Made by a program: the position numbers and the translations under genes. This document shows positions 21,010-34,200 of a stretch of 64,000 bases of DNA, piece after piece. Under the pieces are notes generated by a model. It saw nothing but the letters and a program-made list of their open reading frames with translations. It did no database searches and was not told where the DNA came from. Source of the stretch: Cyanidioschyzon merolae (taxonomy: Eukaryota); NCBI GenBank assembly GCA_000091205.1, contig AP006500.2. The stretch is one strand, 5' to 3'. The stretch's first letter is position 1. Every line of letters begins with the position of its first letter.

Positions 21010-22881
21010 GTGTGCTTGGGGACACGCATTTTGTTTGGAGAAACTCCTTTGCCGTGGGCGCGTGAGCTTTTTGGGACTCTGAGAACCACAGCGGACTGGA
21101 GACGTCTAGTGAACCAAAGCTCAAAAAAGCCAATCGCTCAGGTTCTTCCTACGAGGAACGGCACCAAACCGTCTGCGAGCATGGTAGACCGTAGGATAGC
21201 TAATTCAGGCCAGGTGAGGGGCCTCTCTTCTTCACTTGAGAGCACTGGTTGGAAAGCGCTTTCGAAGAGAAAACTTTGTTTGGTTATTTTCATTCTGCTT
21301 CCCCTGCTTAACATAGTACAGACACGAATTTACTCTCGGGAGCAAGCGCACCACGTACCCGCGGCAAAGTCGCCGAGACATCACGACCTGTTGTCGCTAA
21401 GAGAAATACTGCATCTTCTTGAAAAACATGAAAAAGAAATCCATGAGAAACATAGAGCATCACGCGACACGGTAACCGTCGTTCTGAACGTGTTCCTTCG
21501 ACCGGGAGCATTCCGTCGCGTCCTCGATGGAATCGGAAGTCAGACTGCTCTGCAAAGCATCACTCATGTAAACGTTCTTGCCTTGGGGTCCCCATTCGTC
21601 CATCAGTATGGGAAGCTTCTTGAAGAGTACCGCAAGACTGCGAGTTGGACATCGGAGGTTTCTATTTCCCTCGTGACATCGGAGCCGACTTTCAACCCCG
21701 GTTATTTTGGACGTTTTCTGCTGTCGATGAATCTGAATACAACTTTCACGCTCATTTTAGATGATGACGTTGTGCTGGGAGCGCGATACCTGGAGCTGTG
21801 TCTGCGTTGGGCCCGCTCTATCGACAAACATGCTGTGCTTGGCCAGCGCGGGGCGCGATATTACAGAAACGAACTTCGAAAGCGCTCATTGTTTGGCCTT
21901 GGCAAGCGCCTTTCTCCGAATAAATATCATGATTTTTTCGGGGAACACGGCCTACTGCGGGACACTGATGTGCTCTTCTCCGCTTGGTTCTTGCGGACGA
22001 AGTGGATTCTCAAGATGTTCGCGGAGGAGCCCCTCACCTGGGCCACCGCCGAGGATATCCATTTAGGTATGTTGCTTCGTCAGCGCTTCGGCATAAGAAT
22101 GGTCGCCTTACCGGTAGATCCCCAGTTGCCAGAATTTCGACTCAATCATGACCAATCCCTGGAAATAACGAACCGTTCTTGGTCGGACGAGAATACAGCA
22201 CTGGTTCGCCTTCGTGATGCAGCGGTGGATATGTGGCTTTCGAGAGAGCTTCATGGTCAACTTTTGAATCCACTGCTATACTCCTGGACCAGAAAAGATG
22301 TTTTTTGGTACAGCATGCCTGTGAAACGAGGTGCAGGAGCGCTATCTGCCTACTCGTCATCCCAACGGAAGAATCGCAGCGGACGCCTACATGTTCTGTG
22401 GCGTCCCTTTGCCTGCAAACGGCTTCGTTTCGCTCCGAACGATTCTGTCCCAATGATATCGCTGCCATACTGTCGCCGCTTACGCTACCGACGACCTCGT
22501 ATCGGCATTGCAAAGTCATACTTCGGGCTCTGGAATAGCGGTTATTTAGCGGACTGCATGTTCTGGGGTGATCGAAATGGGGCTTCATACCATGAGTTTC
22601 TGGGCTATACCCTCGATATTCGAGGCCAAGATGAATGGATCCTAGACGGGATTTTGTATGGAAATACCTACGGCCGCGTTCGGCTCTGGGATGTCCGCCG
22701 GAACGCACTGATCATCGATGAATATCTCGAACAGAACGTAACCCTGCGACTGAAGCGCGTTACAGTTGTGCCACCGACGACCATTATAGCCCTCTTTTCA
22801 GAACGTCTGGATGACGGTGTACGAGCAGCACAGCGGAAATTGTTTGATGAAATTCGAATCTTACCGAAGGATGGCACGTAA
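21010..22881 (+). CDS. Putative Golgi-type glycosyltransferase with type II signal anchor and DxD motif; family uncertain
   Basis: There is an N-terminal hydrophobic anchor, LCLVIFILLPLL. The DxD-like segment is TFTLILDDDVVLGARY, with a downstream acidic motif TAEDIHLG. It is a single 623-aa ORF. Confidence 0.5.
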   Translation: MCLGTRILFGETPLPWARELFGTLRTTADWRRLVNQSSKKPIAQVLPTRNGTKPSASMVDRRIANSGQVRGLSSSLESTGWKALSKRKLCLVIFILLPLLNIVQTRIYSREQAHHVPAAKSPRHHDLLSLREILHLLEKHEKEIHEKHRASRDTVTVVLNVFLRPGAFRRVLDGIGSQTALQSITHVNVLALGSPFVHQYGKLLEEYRKTASWTSEVSISLVTSEPTFNPGYFGRFLLSMNLNTTFTLILDDDVVLGARYLELCLRWARSIDKHAVLGQRGARYYRNELRKRSLFGLGKRLSPNKYHDFFGEHGLLRDTDVLFSAWFLRTKWILKMFAEEPLTWATAEDIHLGMLLRQRFGIRMVALPVDPQLPEFRLNHDQSLEITNRSWSDENTALVRLRDAAVDMWLSRELHGQLLNPLLYSWTRKDVFWYSMPVKRGAGALSAYSSSQRKNRSGRLHVLWRPFACKRLRFAPNDSVPMISLPYCRRLRYRRPRIGIAKSYFGLWNSGYLADCMFWGDRNGASYHEFLGYTLDIRGQDEWILDGILYGNTYGRVRLWDVRRNALIIDEYLEQNVTLRLKRVTVVPPTTIIALFSERLDDGVRAAQRKLFDEIRILPKDGT

Positions 22882-25800
22882 CAGGACTTAGGAGAGCACT
22901 GTCCGAGAATGCTGATCAATTTTTGAATGGGCTCCAACTATGCAAAGGGATCATCATTGATCATTTTCATGCGAATTGCACATCTGAGCCTCGTGCAGAC
23001 CATAAACTCTCAAGCCGTTTCTGCGCCCATGCTAGAATGGCATGGAACGGGTCCTCTAAATAGGGTGGATACAATAACATTTGGATCGCTTCCCATTGTC
23101 GAGAGCATCAGCACGTGCTGGCTTTTGCAACCAATATTTCCTTTTCATCTCTCTTATATCTGGCTTCAAGTGCGCAAGTCTCTCCTTTCCTGTTGCTCGA
23201 TTGACAGCGATCGAAGGACTCTGATGGAACTCTTACATTCCGGATTTCTCCGCGTCTGGCTGCTTTTCACACATATCGCACTATGGCGGAACCTGCGATC
23301 TACGCCTCACCTGCCAGCATCATTTTCTTCGTATACGGCCTCGGTGCCCCGTCGCAGCCGCGATACTCGGCCCTGTAATCAGGAATTTCCATATGTCCTC
23401 CATTTCTCTTTATCCGGGAGCCGGCCAGTGGTGCATCAAGACCTGCTTCATGACACGCTATTTGCCTTTGACGGGTACACGAGGCTCCATTCGGTGATCT
23501 GCTCTGTTTTCCCGCCCGATGGCGCATCCTATGATGAAGGACTTATTGTGAGCGATCCCCTCGGCAACTGTTCTCTCCGCTGCAAATGCCACCGCATTCT
23601 CTTCACTCGATAGCTTTGCATCTTTTCCCATGCGCGCTCGTCGTTGAATAATTACTCTTCTCACAAAAGTGCAGACGTGCGTGGCTGGATGCGAAGTTTT
23701 GTAGCCACTCGTAACCATCTTGTGCCCACATATTCCATCTGCGTGCGTTCATACGGCAAAGGGTTCCCAAACTCCCTTCTGTTTCGCCCGCTCGCTCATC
23801 GCGCAATGCCCACATTCGTTCCCTACCAGTGAAACAAATATTGTGGGTACCCGAATAGAGCGTACGGATATGGTTAGAAGTCAGAGACTTCGAAATTTAT
23901 GGCCCCAGATCCTCTTCAGTTATGACGGGGAGGCTTCAGGGTCAGACCCTCTTTCGAGTCTCACGGAGGCGCAGAAATTATTATCCGCGCTCCCTCTGTC
24001 CAGGCCGATACGGATTATATCGGGGAACAAGTTCGCGAATCCATGTATTTGAATGCCCTTTGTTTCTCCGCGTTTTTGCCTTCTGAACAGTGTGTCTTTG
24101 AGGTCCGAGGGGGCCTTTAAGAGTGGGGGACATTCTGAATTGATGAGAATGCATAAATCGATGCCAAGGGACACGGAAAAGGACAATAAGTTTCCAAGCA
24201 GTCGTGCGACCACCCCGCTCCTCCGATTTTTCTTTCCCTTCGCATCTTTCTCTGCAATCCGTCGCTTTTCCTATTTCCAGGTGTTCTTGAGGGTCTCCGC
24301 AGCTCTGAGAGATAAGAATGTAGTTTGCTTGATGAACTTCATATCGTCCATCACGACCTTTGATTTTTTGACGCTCGTGTTCTGTATCGTCCCCTTCCGC
24401 TCCGCTCTCGCACGGGCGGTGCCTCCATAACGAGACGCAAATAGGGCTCCTCGAGGACTGGAAACTAGGAAGACAGAGATGCTTTTATATAAGGTGAAAA
24501 TTTCTTCCTCGTATCCTCTCAAACAGCACTAGAGACGCATAAGCGCCATCGCATTCTTGTGCAGGCTACTTCCGAGCTGTAAATCCATTTGCTTCTCGGC
24601 ACCTGGGCCTTGGGGAATACCGGACAGCGATTGATCATGCTCTCTATTCTCCGAGCCGATGAGTCTGGACGAAGCGCTGGTTATAAAGAGCTCCTTCTTA
24701 CTGTCCAGAGTCGTGACCAAGTCGTCAACCATATGTCTTTACGTTATCGCATGCTTGAGGTACTGGTAGAGATGGGCTCTGGCATGGTGCCGGATCATCG
24801 TGCATATCGACTCCCAAGTGCTTTACGAGTTATCCTGGCCGCTTTGAGTTACCAAGATACGAAGAGTTTCAAATGCTATGAATGCATTCAGCTGGGAAAC
24901 TGAAGTGCATTCAGCGTCGATGAACTCACGCAGCCGAGGAGATGGATCTTGTATGCACTCGTGGAGAATGGCAACTAAAAAGGCTGTCTGAGTCCATAGC
25001 GCCTCCCTGAAGTCGCCAAATTTTAGAAGGTCCTCAGCACTCTCGAGTTACACAGTCTTGATTGTGATTTAAGAGTACTGCGGGAGCTAGCTACAAATGA
25101 GAGAGGTTTTCCCGTATGCGAGCTATGCGTTTAGGCAGGAGAAAGTACGTTCTTAACATTCCCTTCAGACCGACGTGGATTAGAGCAGCAATGAGCGCAG
25201 CCGCTTGTGCGAGAGAACAGGCGGACCATAGGCTTCGTACATGAAGGTGCCCTGTCTGAGAGGGGTATATTTCTGGAGAACCGGTACGCACATCTTTTCA
25301 AAGCGCTCGAGGCTTGAATAATTGCTCTTCCAGAGCTTTCCCCGGCAGAACATATGTCCCTGTGCTGGGTGCTTCTTTTGATGAACACGCTTGAGATATA
25401 CGTTCCTCATGCCTTGTTCATCTTTTTCTGATACCGCCTTGGAAAGTCGCCATCCGCAAATGGGAAAGATTTAAGGAAAACAAGTGCCGAAGAACTTAGC
25501 GTGTTCAGTCGCGGAGCCCATAGCACCGAGCACCAGTTCGTGTCGAGAACAATCCGATTTTCTGAAGCTTGTATTTGTTTTCCTGAATCTTTTCTTCGCG
25601 GCCTTGAAGACGTCTTCAATCGGGTCGGGCCCTCTAGACTATGTGGCAGTGCATGAAATATCCAATCCTCTGTTCTCTGCTGTTTTCCAAACAGAGTAGG
25701 ATTTCAGAACGCGATGTTGTTCAGAGTGAAACGAGTATCGGAGGGAAAATCTAGGTTGCTGACAATGTCGACCAAGTTTGCTCCTTCCAGGCTCACTTTG

Positions 25801-26547
25801 TGCAAAGCGGAGACGTAGAATTCCATGGAAATGATTGCAGCAGTGATTGGAGTTCGAACCCAGCATCCGTTTCCATGCAAGCAGAACAGACGGGATCCTG
25901 TAACTGCACATCTCGTAAGAGTAACTGGGCCACATTTGAATGGCGTTTCACTGATGGTAATGAAGAGAGGTGGATTCGACGTGCAAAATGAATCAATCAT
26001 GTGAAGAGGTAATTTGATTGAATTTTCTGCATGAGCTTGTGAGCAAAACGTGAATGAACGACATCGAGTTTTTTACTCGTCTATCCATCAGAGCGAATCT
26101 TGTGCCCACGTGTAGCCCAGAAACAGAACTTTCGAGTTCTTGAACACTCCGGAATTCGAGCATCCTGGTCATAAGGGAAATAGAAGAGTGAAGGGATGCA
26201 CGTATGAACTGTTTCATGATTTCGTATATTTTACAGACCCTTGTTTTACGACATCGCGGTTCTGCTTAATTTCGGTCATTCAACGAATTGCACCGGTAAA
26301 AAGTGGAAGGAACCACTCCGGAAAGAAAATCGAGAACTCTTAAACTACGTATGAATCCGTAAAATTTTAGTCATGATATTCGAATGTCGACAATGTTCAC
26401 CTGAAACATTTTCGGAGAAAAACAAAAGGTATGAGCAGACCGAGCTGTTCAGTGTTCTGTTCTAACCTGACACTGGTGTATATGTATGTTCAGTAAAACA
26501 ATAAACTTTCAAGGACCCTAGAGTGTCTATACACACCCAATCACATA

Positions 26548-27095
26548 CGCCTCCCAGCATGTTTTGGCCGGTCTCCTGCTATCGGCCTCAGTTTCTCTTT
26601 TTACACGTCGACCCTGAGAGGCTGTCCCACAAAGTTTGCCTGCGTCAGCTCTTCGCGTCTCGTCTTCAGCGCCACACATCGTCTGACATTGACGGCGGCG
26701 TCTTATTCTCGGCTTAGAAAATCCTTGGGTTTATGGCGATTGGTTGAGGTCACTACTGCAAGGAATCGCAGAACAAGCGCCCTCTGTGCCACTGTACTCT
26801 CGTTATCGTCTCTTCGGGCGAAAAACTTTTCTCGCCTGCCTCCTCTTTTCCTCATCCTCTTCGTCACTTGCTCGTCTTCACTCGATGGTCAGGGACGGGA
26901 GGATCTTGAAGCTTCTCCGACATCAGGCAATGACGGCCCTGCAAAATCCCTGACTTCCATATCCATACCTCTAACTTGGATTTTGTACTTTTTAAAAATG
27001 ACGTACTTCGAGCTCATTTGCTATAAACCGCGAAAAGGCATTTAATTACACGCACATGAGGTCGATCACACTTGAGGTGAAAGAATATTCGGACC
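26548..27095 (-). mobile_element. Fanzor/TnpB-remnant MITE-like element, copy E (non-autonomous, decayed)
   Basis: The minus strand encodes ...*DAAVNVRRCVALKTRREELTQANFVGQPLRVDV*. The 3' block is ...CCGATAGCAGGAGACCGGCCAAAACATGCTGGGAGGCGTATGTGATTGG. The region 26920-27080 is homologous to 59995-60170 and to 11130-11300. Confidence 0.6.
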
Positions 27096-27521
27096 CGCCA
27101 CAAAGCGGATCGATTTTGTGATGAGCGCACTGGCAACACCGCAAGTGACTTTCCGTCGACGACCATGGAGCATCTCCGACCGCCAGTGGATCGAAATCAC
27201 TCCGTCCAACAGGAACAACGTGGAATCTTGCTGCTCATTTTCAAGATACAGTTTGTCTTTGAGCTCAATCCGGCGAGGAGGAGGAGGATACTTCCAGCCT
27301 TCTCACTCTCAATGGCCGAGAATCCGATCCCAACGATGGTGCCAAGCCTTTTTCCTATTCCTTCGAGGTCCTCTTCTAAACGAGTGCCGTACCGGAAACC
27401 TCGTCTCCCGTGTGAGGTTCGGTCGAGATCCGAATTGCAAAAAATCCTTGAAACAGTGGGCCGTTGCCTCTGGGTACCGCTCTCCCTACAAAATTCAGCT
27501 ATTCTGAATGGCAGGCAACAT

Positions 27522-28943
27522 TCAAATTATGCAGCCAAAACGCATATCATTTGTGAGATCGGCAATTGTTTCAATGCCGTTCATATGCCGCAGACGGTAC
27601 AGGTGATGCTGGCATGGCTCGTTACGCGGAACCTGGACGCAGTCACCACGCTCTGTGAGCACAAAGGGCCACGCTACCGATGTGCTCATCGCGTGAGCAC
27701 ACATGCCAAAAGTGGAACCCACGGACAGAATTCGGTAGTGGCAGCGACTCAGCAAAATCAGCTCCGCAGCCGCTATGACATGCTCACGAATATCTGCGGG
27801 AACATCGCGCGCATCAAGCTCGGGATCCAAAAAGTGGAAGTGTGGCGCTTTCTCTAATTTTTGTAACTCGCTGAGAAGGGGCGAGGAATCAGATGCGATG
27901 AATAAATACACACTACTAGGGCTGAGAAGGTCCTCCAAGTTGCTCTTCACCAAAGAGATACAGCGGAGCATTGAGTACAATCGGTGTCCCCGCAGGCGAT
28001 ATCGCCGCCAACGCGGTGCGGATGCCTCGCTCCGGATGTGCACCCCAACGATCTTTGCACCCGGCATGGGAGAGCTTGTGCAAAGCATGCCTGTGCGCGC
28101 ACAAAAATGGTCCAGAATATTCTGTACAAAAGCGTTCGGCATCCAAACTCCATTGGAGACGCTACGAAATGCGGCTGCGCCAAGCTTTTCACACAAGAGC
28201 GGTCGTATATGCCGGTTCAGATATAGAGCCGGCACAAACCATTGGTTGCTCTCCACATCTAGAAATGGAGGCCTGACTCCTCGCCGACCTCTGAACCACC
28301 AAGTCGGATTCTCTTCAGCGATCATCTTGTATGGCTGGTCATACCCGGGCGAGATCCGCTGCCAAATAGAATCATGTTCGCGAACCCGCAGCAAAGATCG
28401 TTCCGCACGCGGGAACAGCGACGCATTGTCAAAGCTTTTATTCCATAACGCGGCTGCTGTCCCTGGGGTGAAAGCGCGTGTGAAGCGCTCGCTGTCTATA
28501 AAGAACGGTCTGTCCAGCGCTACGGACAAAACGTAGGCGGAAGCAAGGCCGAGCAACAGGTTCCCCCAGCCACCACGCTCTTCTGTATCGCGGTAAACGA
28601 CAGCACTCTCAGGCAAGGAATACGCTGTGACTTCCTTGCTGACGCGATGCAGTCCAAGGTTGAAACTTCCGCGAGAGTTGTTCCTGAAACGCTCGGAACA
28701 GAAAGGTACTGGCCAGTTTGGAAACGCGAGGCTGAAATCATACGGAAACCCCTGATTTCGTGGAGCAATTGCACACGATCCATTTTCTCGGCCGAGCACA
28801 TATATAAGTAGGTAAAGCAATAAAGCTAGCACTCGTCCAACTCGCTTACGACACAGAGTTAACATACTGACCGTGGCAGCATATGCTGCAGCCAAGTACC
28901 CGAGTGAATTGGCGTAATGTGCAATATCTGATCCAGAGCACAT
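27522..28943 (-). CDS. Putative type II membrane glycosyltransferase (fucosyltransferase-like HxR motif); function low-confidence
   Basis: Single 473-aa ORF. It has an N-terminal hydrophobic segment, VLALLLYLLIYVL, and a VGVHIRSEAS motif reminiscent of the fucosyltransferase motif I. Confidence 0.35.
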   Translation of the reverse strand: MCSGSDIAHYANSLGYLAAAYAATVSMLTLCRKRVGRVLALLLYLLIYVLGRENGSCAIAPRNQGFPYDFSLAFPNWPVPFCSERFRNNSRGSFNLGLHRVSKEVTAYSLPESAVVYRDTEERGGWGNLLLGLASAYVLSVALDRPFFIDSERFTRAFTPGTAAALWNKSFDNASLFPRAERSLLRVREHDSIWQRISPGYDQPYKMIAEENPTWWFRGRRGVRPPFLDVESNQWFVPALYLNRHIRPLLCEKLGAAAFRSVSNGVWMPNAFVQNILDHFCARTGMLCTSSPMPGAKIVGVHIRSEASAPRWRRYRLRGHRLYSMLRCISLVKSNLEDLLSPSSVYLFIASDSSPLLSELQKLEKAPHFHFLDPELDARDVPADIREHVIAAAELILLSRCHYRILSVGSTFGMCAHAMSTSVAWPFVLTERGDCVQVPRNEPCQHHLYRLRHMNGIETIADLTNDMRFGCII

Positions 28944-30089
28944 TTCTACTCATCCAGGTTTCAAGCGGAAGATTGGCATGCGTTCAACGTTCCTCGCGCA
29001 GCATCCAGCAGATTCGATTCAAAGCCACGTTGGTTTTCTGGGGGAACTCGGGATCCAAAGAAAGACGTCAGAGCATGGAAGAATACGAAACTCTTCGATG
29101 CAGTTCACAATGCGCTGTGCAGACCAAAAATCGATACAACGGGAGCCTTTCCTGATAAACAGCAACAGTCGGTCCAAAATAAACCGAGGCGAAAGAGGAC
29201 CATATGCAGCGCCTACCCGATCTTAGAAGTTGCAGGTAAAGCACTCTCCGTGGGACGTGTTTTATGCTTGAAATCCAGGTTTGTATGGGGTCCATCAAAA
29301 CAACATGCATCGATCACATCCTTATCGATAGGAAGCGCCTGGCTGTTCAGAGCGAGCCAAACGCATTAGGAAAACAGGTAGATGGTCGATTGATCAGCCG
29401 GGGTATTACAGTGGCTCTAAAACTAATATTCTCTCGACTGCGGGGGTAACCCGCTCGCACGCGCCCCTACATGCAGGAGGCGCCAAGTGTTCAGTTCTAT
29501 GCGAATGATATTAACACTCTTCAGGTTGGATAGTACGAGAGCTTTTCTCGTTATTCGAAACATCTTGTAGAGTAACAGCACCAGCATAATCTTCATTCGA
29601 ATGCAGCAAGACTCGAGATTCAACAAAATGCCGTCTCGGGCAGCATCAGGATTTCAAAAAGATGCGCAATAAATTTGTAATGCTGCTCGATCGATGCATC
29701 GTATCGGAATCCATCGTATGCAATTCTTGTCGATACCCAGGTAAAAGATGATGAGAGACCTCCAGATGCCTTGAAGTCCCGCGAGTACCAGCACAGTGGT
29801 TCTGTCGGCGGGGATAGTGGTACCAGTCAAGTGACCTTTGCGGTGCCGCGAATAGCGGAAGGGCTCCTTGCAAAACTGTACGAGCCGCTGCCGCGGTCAC
29901 GCACAGCAGCCGAACGGCTTGGTCGTAAGGTTATGGGCGTCGGCTCGAAGCTTTCGATTATGGAGCGGACCTGTGCGCATTCCTATTGATAGAGTGCATG
30001 TATGGATGTGCGTTCAAGGCTGCCGATCCCCGCGTGGATGTGTCCACATGCTCATCGATGGTGTACATCCGAAACGCTCGGCCTCTTCG

Positions 30090-30911
30090 TCAGAGCATTT
30101 CATCTTGGGGCCGATTCGCCGTTCGAACCTCTCTCGCCCATTTTTCCCAGTATGCAAGGTCACCACCATAGACAGCATGAAGATACTGGGCTACGATTCC
30201 GGTATCGACACCCATGTCGTCAAAACTGTATCCTTGATGATTTCCGTCATGAGCGCTTTTCAGGAGTGCGTCGGGAGTAAGTCCCCAGGGGTTCCCGTTT
30301 GTATGTTTCGGGCGCGATGATTCGTTATTTCGGCAACATCTTACTTTGACTCGGAAAGCGCTCCCTCTAATTACGAAGTTCTCTGGATCGAGTGACTGTA
30401 CCTTCTGAGAGGCAGCAGTTTCTGCGAAGACAACGAAACCATAACCCTTCGAGAGCCCTGTATGGTGGTCGACAACCACTCGAACAGCTTCGAGTGATCC
30501 GAAGCGTGAAAAGAACGCGCGCAGATCGTCCTCAGTACAAGCCTGGGGAAGTCCCGACACGTAAACCCTTCGTGACGGCTTCTCGCCCAGCCCGGATGGC
30601 CCATACCGTTGCGCAGTGTCCACAACAGTGTTGGACTCAGGATCTTCAGCAGACTTTGGGACAGCAACTTTCGTTTCCACTAATCGTCCATCCAGTTCGT
30701 GACGCTCCAAGGACGCCACAGCTTGCGCCACTCCCTCTTCTTCGAAAGTTACAAAACCGAAGCCTCGAGGTTGCCCTGTTTCACGATTTCGCATCACCAC
30801 CGCATCAATAACTTTACCGAAGCGTTCAAAGTAAGCAACAAGAGACGCCTCATTGGTGTCCCATGAGAGGCCTCCAACAAAAACTTTGCGCCTTTTATCT
30901 TTTCTTTCCAT
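30090..30911 (-). CDS. hnRNP A/B- or Musashi-like RNA-binding protein with two RRM domains; ORF extends to 31085 but the likely start is M at 30911
   Basis: RRM1 reads KVFVGGLSWDTNEASLVAYFERFGKVIDAVVMRNRETGQPRGFGFVTFEE. RRM2 reads RVYVSGLPQACTEDDLRAFFSRFGSLEAVRVVVDHHTGLSKGYGFVVFAE. Confidence 0.8.
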   Translation of the reverse strand: MERKDKRRKVFVGGLSWDTNEASLVAYFERFGKVIDAVVMRNRETGQPRGFGFVTFEEEGVAQAVASLERHELDGRLVETKVAVPKSAEDPESNTVVDTAQRYGPSGLGEKPSRRVYVSGLPQACTEDDLRAFFSRFGSLEAVRVVVDHHTGLSKGYGFVVFAETAASQKVQSLDPENFVIRGSAFRVKVRCCRNNESSRPKHTNGNPWGLTPDALLKSAHDGNHQGYSFDDMGVDTGIVAQYLHAVYGGDLAYWEKWAREVRTANRPQDEML

Positions 30912-31226
30912 ACTTAAGTTTAGAACAAGGCAGAATGGAGGCCTTGATTCCGCTCTACTGCGATTCAGATTTCGAAGTGGCCTTGTCAACGCTGGACGTA
31001 TTCGAACTCCCGATATAATCCGAGCAGTGAATTCTGAAACACCAGTACTGCCACATACTGTATTGTTTGCTTCTCCTGCAGGCATGCAAACAAAGCAATG
31101 TGTCGGTTAGAGTCTGGGAAAGCCTCGGAAAAGCTTTTTGCTGCCAGTGCTAGACTTCGAGAACGCGGCTTCTCGAGTCACTTGTCACATGGTCAACAGC
31201 AGGGTGAACCGCCTTTCTCAGTACGA

Positions 31227-34200
31227 TGCACAGATGCTCAAAGAAACGGTATCAGAAAACCCACTGGATGCGAATTTTCCATACCCTTGATATGAGCCGT
31301 GGTGAAGCGACATGGATGGGCAAAGAGAAAAAAAGGTGCCTCCCCAGGAGACCGTCACGAGCTGGACATTTTCGATTCCGCATTGATAGGCGAACGCTTA
31401 TGACAGGAGCGACCGGTACTCGCCTCTCTCGGTAACAGCTCTTTCGTGAAAAACGGAGGATCTAACCGTGGATACGCAAAGCGGTGCGAAACGCCTCTCG
31501 TAAAGCCTCGACCGGTGAGCGTAGCGACGACAACATCAGCCCCAGCGGCGATTCAAGCATGTAGTCGCCTGAGTATCGGCAAACAGGCAGACTCAAGCAA
31601 CACGTCTGCCTCCCTTCTTCGAAGCACTCTGTGGCCTCTGCTTCTCGCGTTATTCTGTCCTGCGGGTAGGCCACGTTGCTTGCTGTGACGCAAAGGCGCT
31701 CCACGAGTGCGCAGCTGAGACGAGCGTTGAGCTGGTGTTCGCTTCAGCCTGGAAGTGCACGCTCAGTCCAGTTGGAAGCGTCTTCTCTGTCCTCCGTCGC
31801 CATGCTTTCCCTCAGGATGCGTTCCATAAAAACGTTCGGATGCGTGACGCTGTCCTTGGACAAGTCGTTTTCAGTCTTCGTCAGCGTTGAACGACTCTGG
31901 TGCTGAGCGGGTCGCCTGCGGGGAGGGATCGGTAAAGCGCGCCTCAGGCGTTTGGCACGCTCGCGGCTGAGAAGCTCGTGGAAAAGGCAGCTGCGGGATC
32001 GGAAACATATATACGCGGGGAGGCAAGTTTCTGGCTCGCCGTCCATCCACGGGGTCTGACTGCCGGTGTAAGAAAATGGAAGTGGAGTGCGACGTGCACA
32101 TCCACGCTACCCGCCACGAAAGGAGAATGCGAAGCAACCACCTGACAGAAAAGAGAAGGATCCCAGCCGCAAAGAGGACGACGAGAGTCAGGAAGGAAAC
32201 CCTGCGCACTGGAAAGGCCAGTCCGAAACCAGCGCCTACACGTCGGTGCCAGAACGCATCAACGGAAAAAATTCTCCGAGTACGTGAGATGCCCAGGGCT
32301 ATTAGGTATTGCGTAGAATGTGGTTGTCGGAAGGCTCGCCTAGCTCTCCCCGAATGGATGCCCCTCGTGCAGCAACTGGCGGCAAGGGTTTCGGAGGCAG
32401 CGCTGCCAGCAGTTCGCATTCGTAGGGAGTTTTTGGTCAAACCCTCGAGCGACAGCACTAGGAATGCTCCGCTCCGAGCATGCCAGCGGGCCTGTTCGTG
32501 GTGTCATTGACCAATACACACGCTGGCCGGCATCCGTTTCTGCGCTGCACTACATGGTTGCTCGGCCCATGGACAGCGTAGGTGCCAGGAAAAGTTTCGC
32601 CCAAACCTCAGAACCCATAGCCAAGAGCGGGTCCGTGGCGACTACCCTACGAGGCGCACCCCAGAGGCGTTGTACTCGTTGCGTCCACAGCGTTGTGGTC
32701 GACGAAATGTTGGCGACTGGCGCAAGCGGCTCTTGGGATGTCCGTGGAGGCACGTGACGAGCTGGCTCCGGACGAGAAGGTGCTGGAAGCGAGCTCGGAG
32801 ATGTCGCATCGAGAACGAGCGACGCTCCAGATCGTCCGAGCTCATGGAGTAGGTTTCTGTTCCGGAGCTGGGCACGTCGTCTCGGAAGGATTACGCGGGC
32901 GTTGACCTGGCCTAACTTGCATCCTGCGCTGCTAGGTTTTCGCGAACGCGGCGCTCCACCGCAAGGCAGACCCTCTGGTCGTATGTGAGCGCCTTTGCAT
33001 CCTCAAACCCCTGGTCGATACGGTCCCCGCATTTCGGGGCAAAGCCCATGATACCACCGTGCATATTTGTGTGGTGTACGACGTCCTCAGTGGTCTACGA
33101 TGTGTGCGCACGAGCAGCTAGGGGGCACTCTACCTATTTCGGGCAGAGCGTTGGCGGGGCTCGTTCATCGCCACTCGTTGGCTGGGAAAACACGGAAAGC
33201 GATGTACAGGGGCCTTGGAGACGCGCACGGCACATCAAACAGCATGCACTTTGCGAAACCCCGGCCCGCTCGGAGCAACGAGACTCATATTCAACCGCTT
33301 ACGGAAAACGAACGTGAAGGCTTCGTGGTGCGCGTGGATGCCGTTTCTGAGGGCCCGTGGCCGTCACCGTGCCCGTTCGTCAAGGGGCAGCGCCAGAGAC
33401 CTGAACGGAAAGCAAATGAGTCTGCTCCACGCCTCCAGGGCTCGGTATCATCCGGAGTTGGACGTGAACGACGCCAGCAGGCGTACCAACTCGTGGAATG
33501 ACGACGTAAAGACCTGTCGTGACGCGCTGAGTACGGTATCGGGCAAAAGGAGATGCACTGCGCACCTCATTCATAACGGGTATGAGCGACTAGATCGCTC
33601 ATGCGGACGAGCCATGGCAGAGGAACGCGGGACCGAGCTCGAGTCTCCAACAGTCGCAACCGCTCGCGGGCACGAGGCGGGTATTCGCAAGCTTCCTCAA
33701 AGCACTGGAAACGGAACTGGCCGATCGGTTGCATCTTATAAAGATAGTGCATGGCGGTGGACGCGCTCTAGTTGCAGAACTGGACTGTCGTCGATAACGC
33801 ACAAGGGATCCGCGAACCGGCACTGAAGTGCTCTCAGTGATGAGCTCTGGACGAGATTCTCACATCGCGAGCACAGAGACACGCTGAAACTGCCGGTGAA
33901 GACGATTTGGAAACGGAGCCGGACGTATGAGATGACGTACGCTGAGTTCATTGAGCTCCAGGTGGCAATGCAGTCACAGTTGAGACGCTTGCTGTGGAGT
34001 GTCTCCATCACGAACGGGAAACGCGTCCAGTTTCTGAACCGAGATTTGAGCGCCCATATCAGCATCTGGAACTGCATCGTTCTTCAGGAGCGTCCATCGG
34101 CTTTACTTCAGGCGAGGCTTCGATTCGATTGTCTAGTATGCAGTGTGGGTATTGTGCTGGAATGCTGCGGACTCTCGATGAAAAACATCATGTATCATCA

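Noticed and set aside
25841-25870. tRNA-like T-loop motif (GAGTTCGAACCC) and a second GGTTCGAATTCG at 57320
   Set aside because: Flanking bases do not form a T-stem or acceptor stem. The second one lies inside the parvulin CDS. No cloverleaf could be built by eye, so no tRNA is called.
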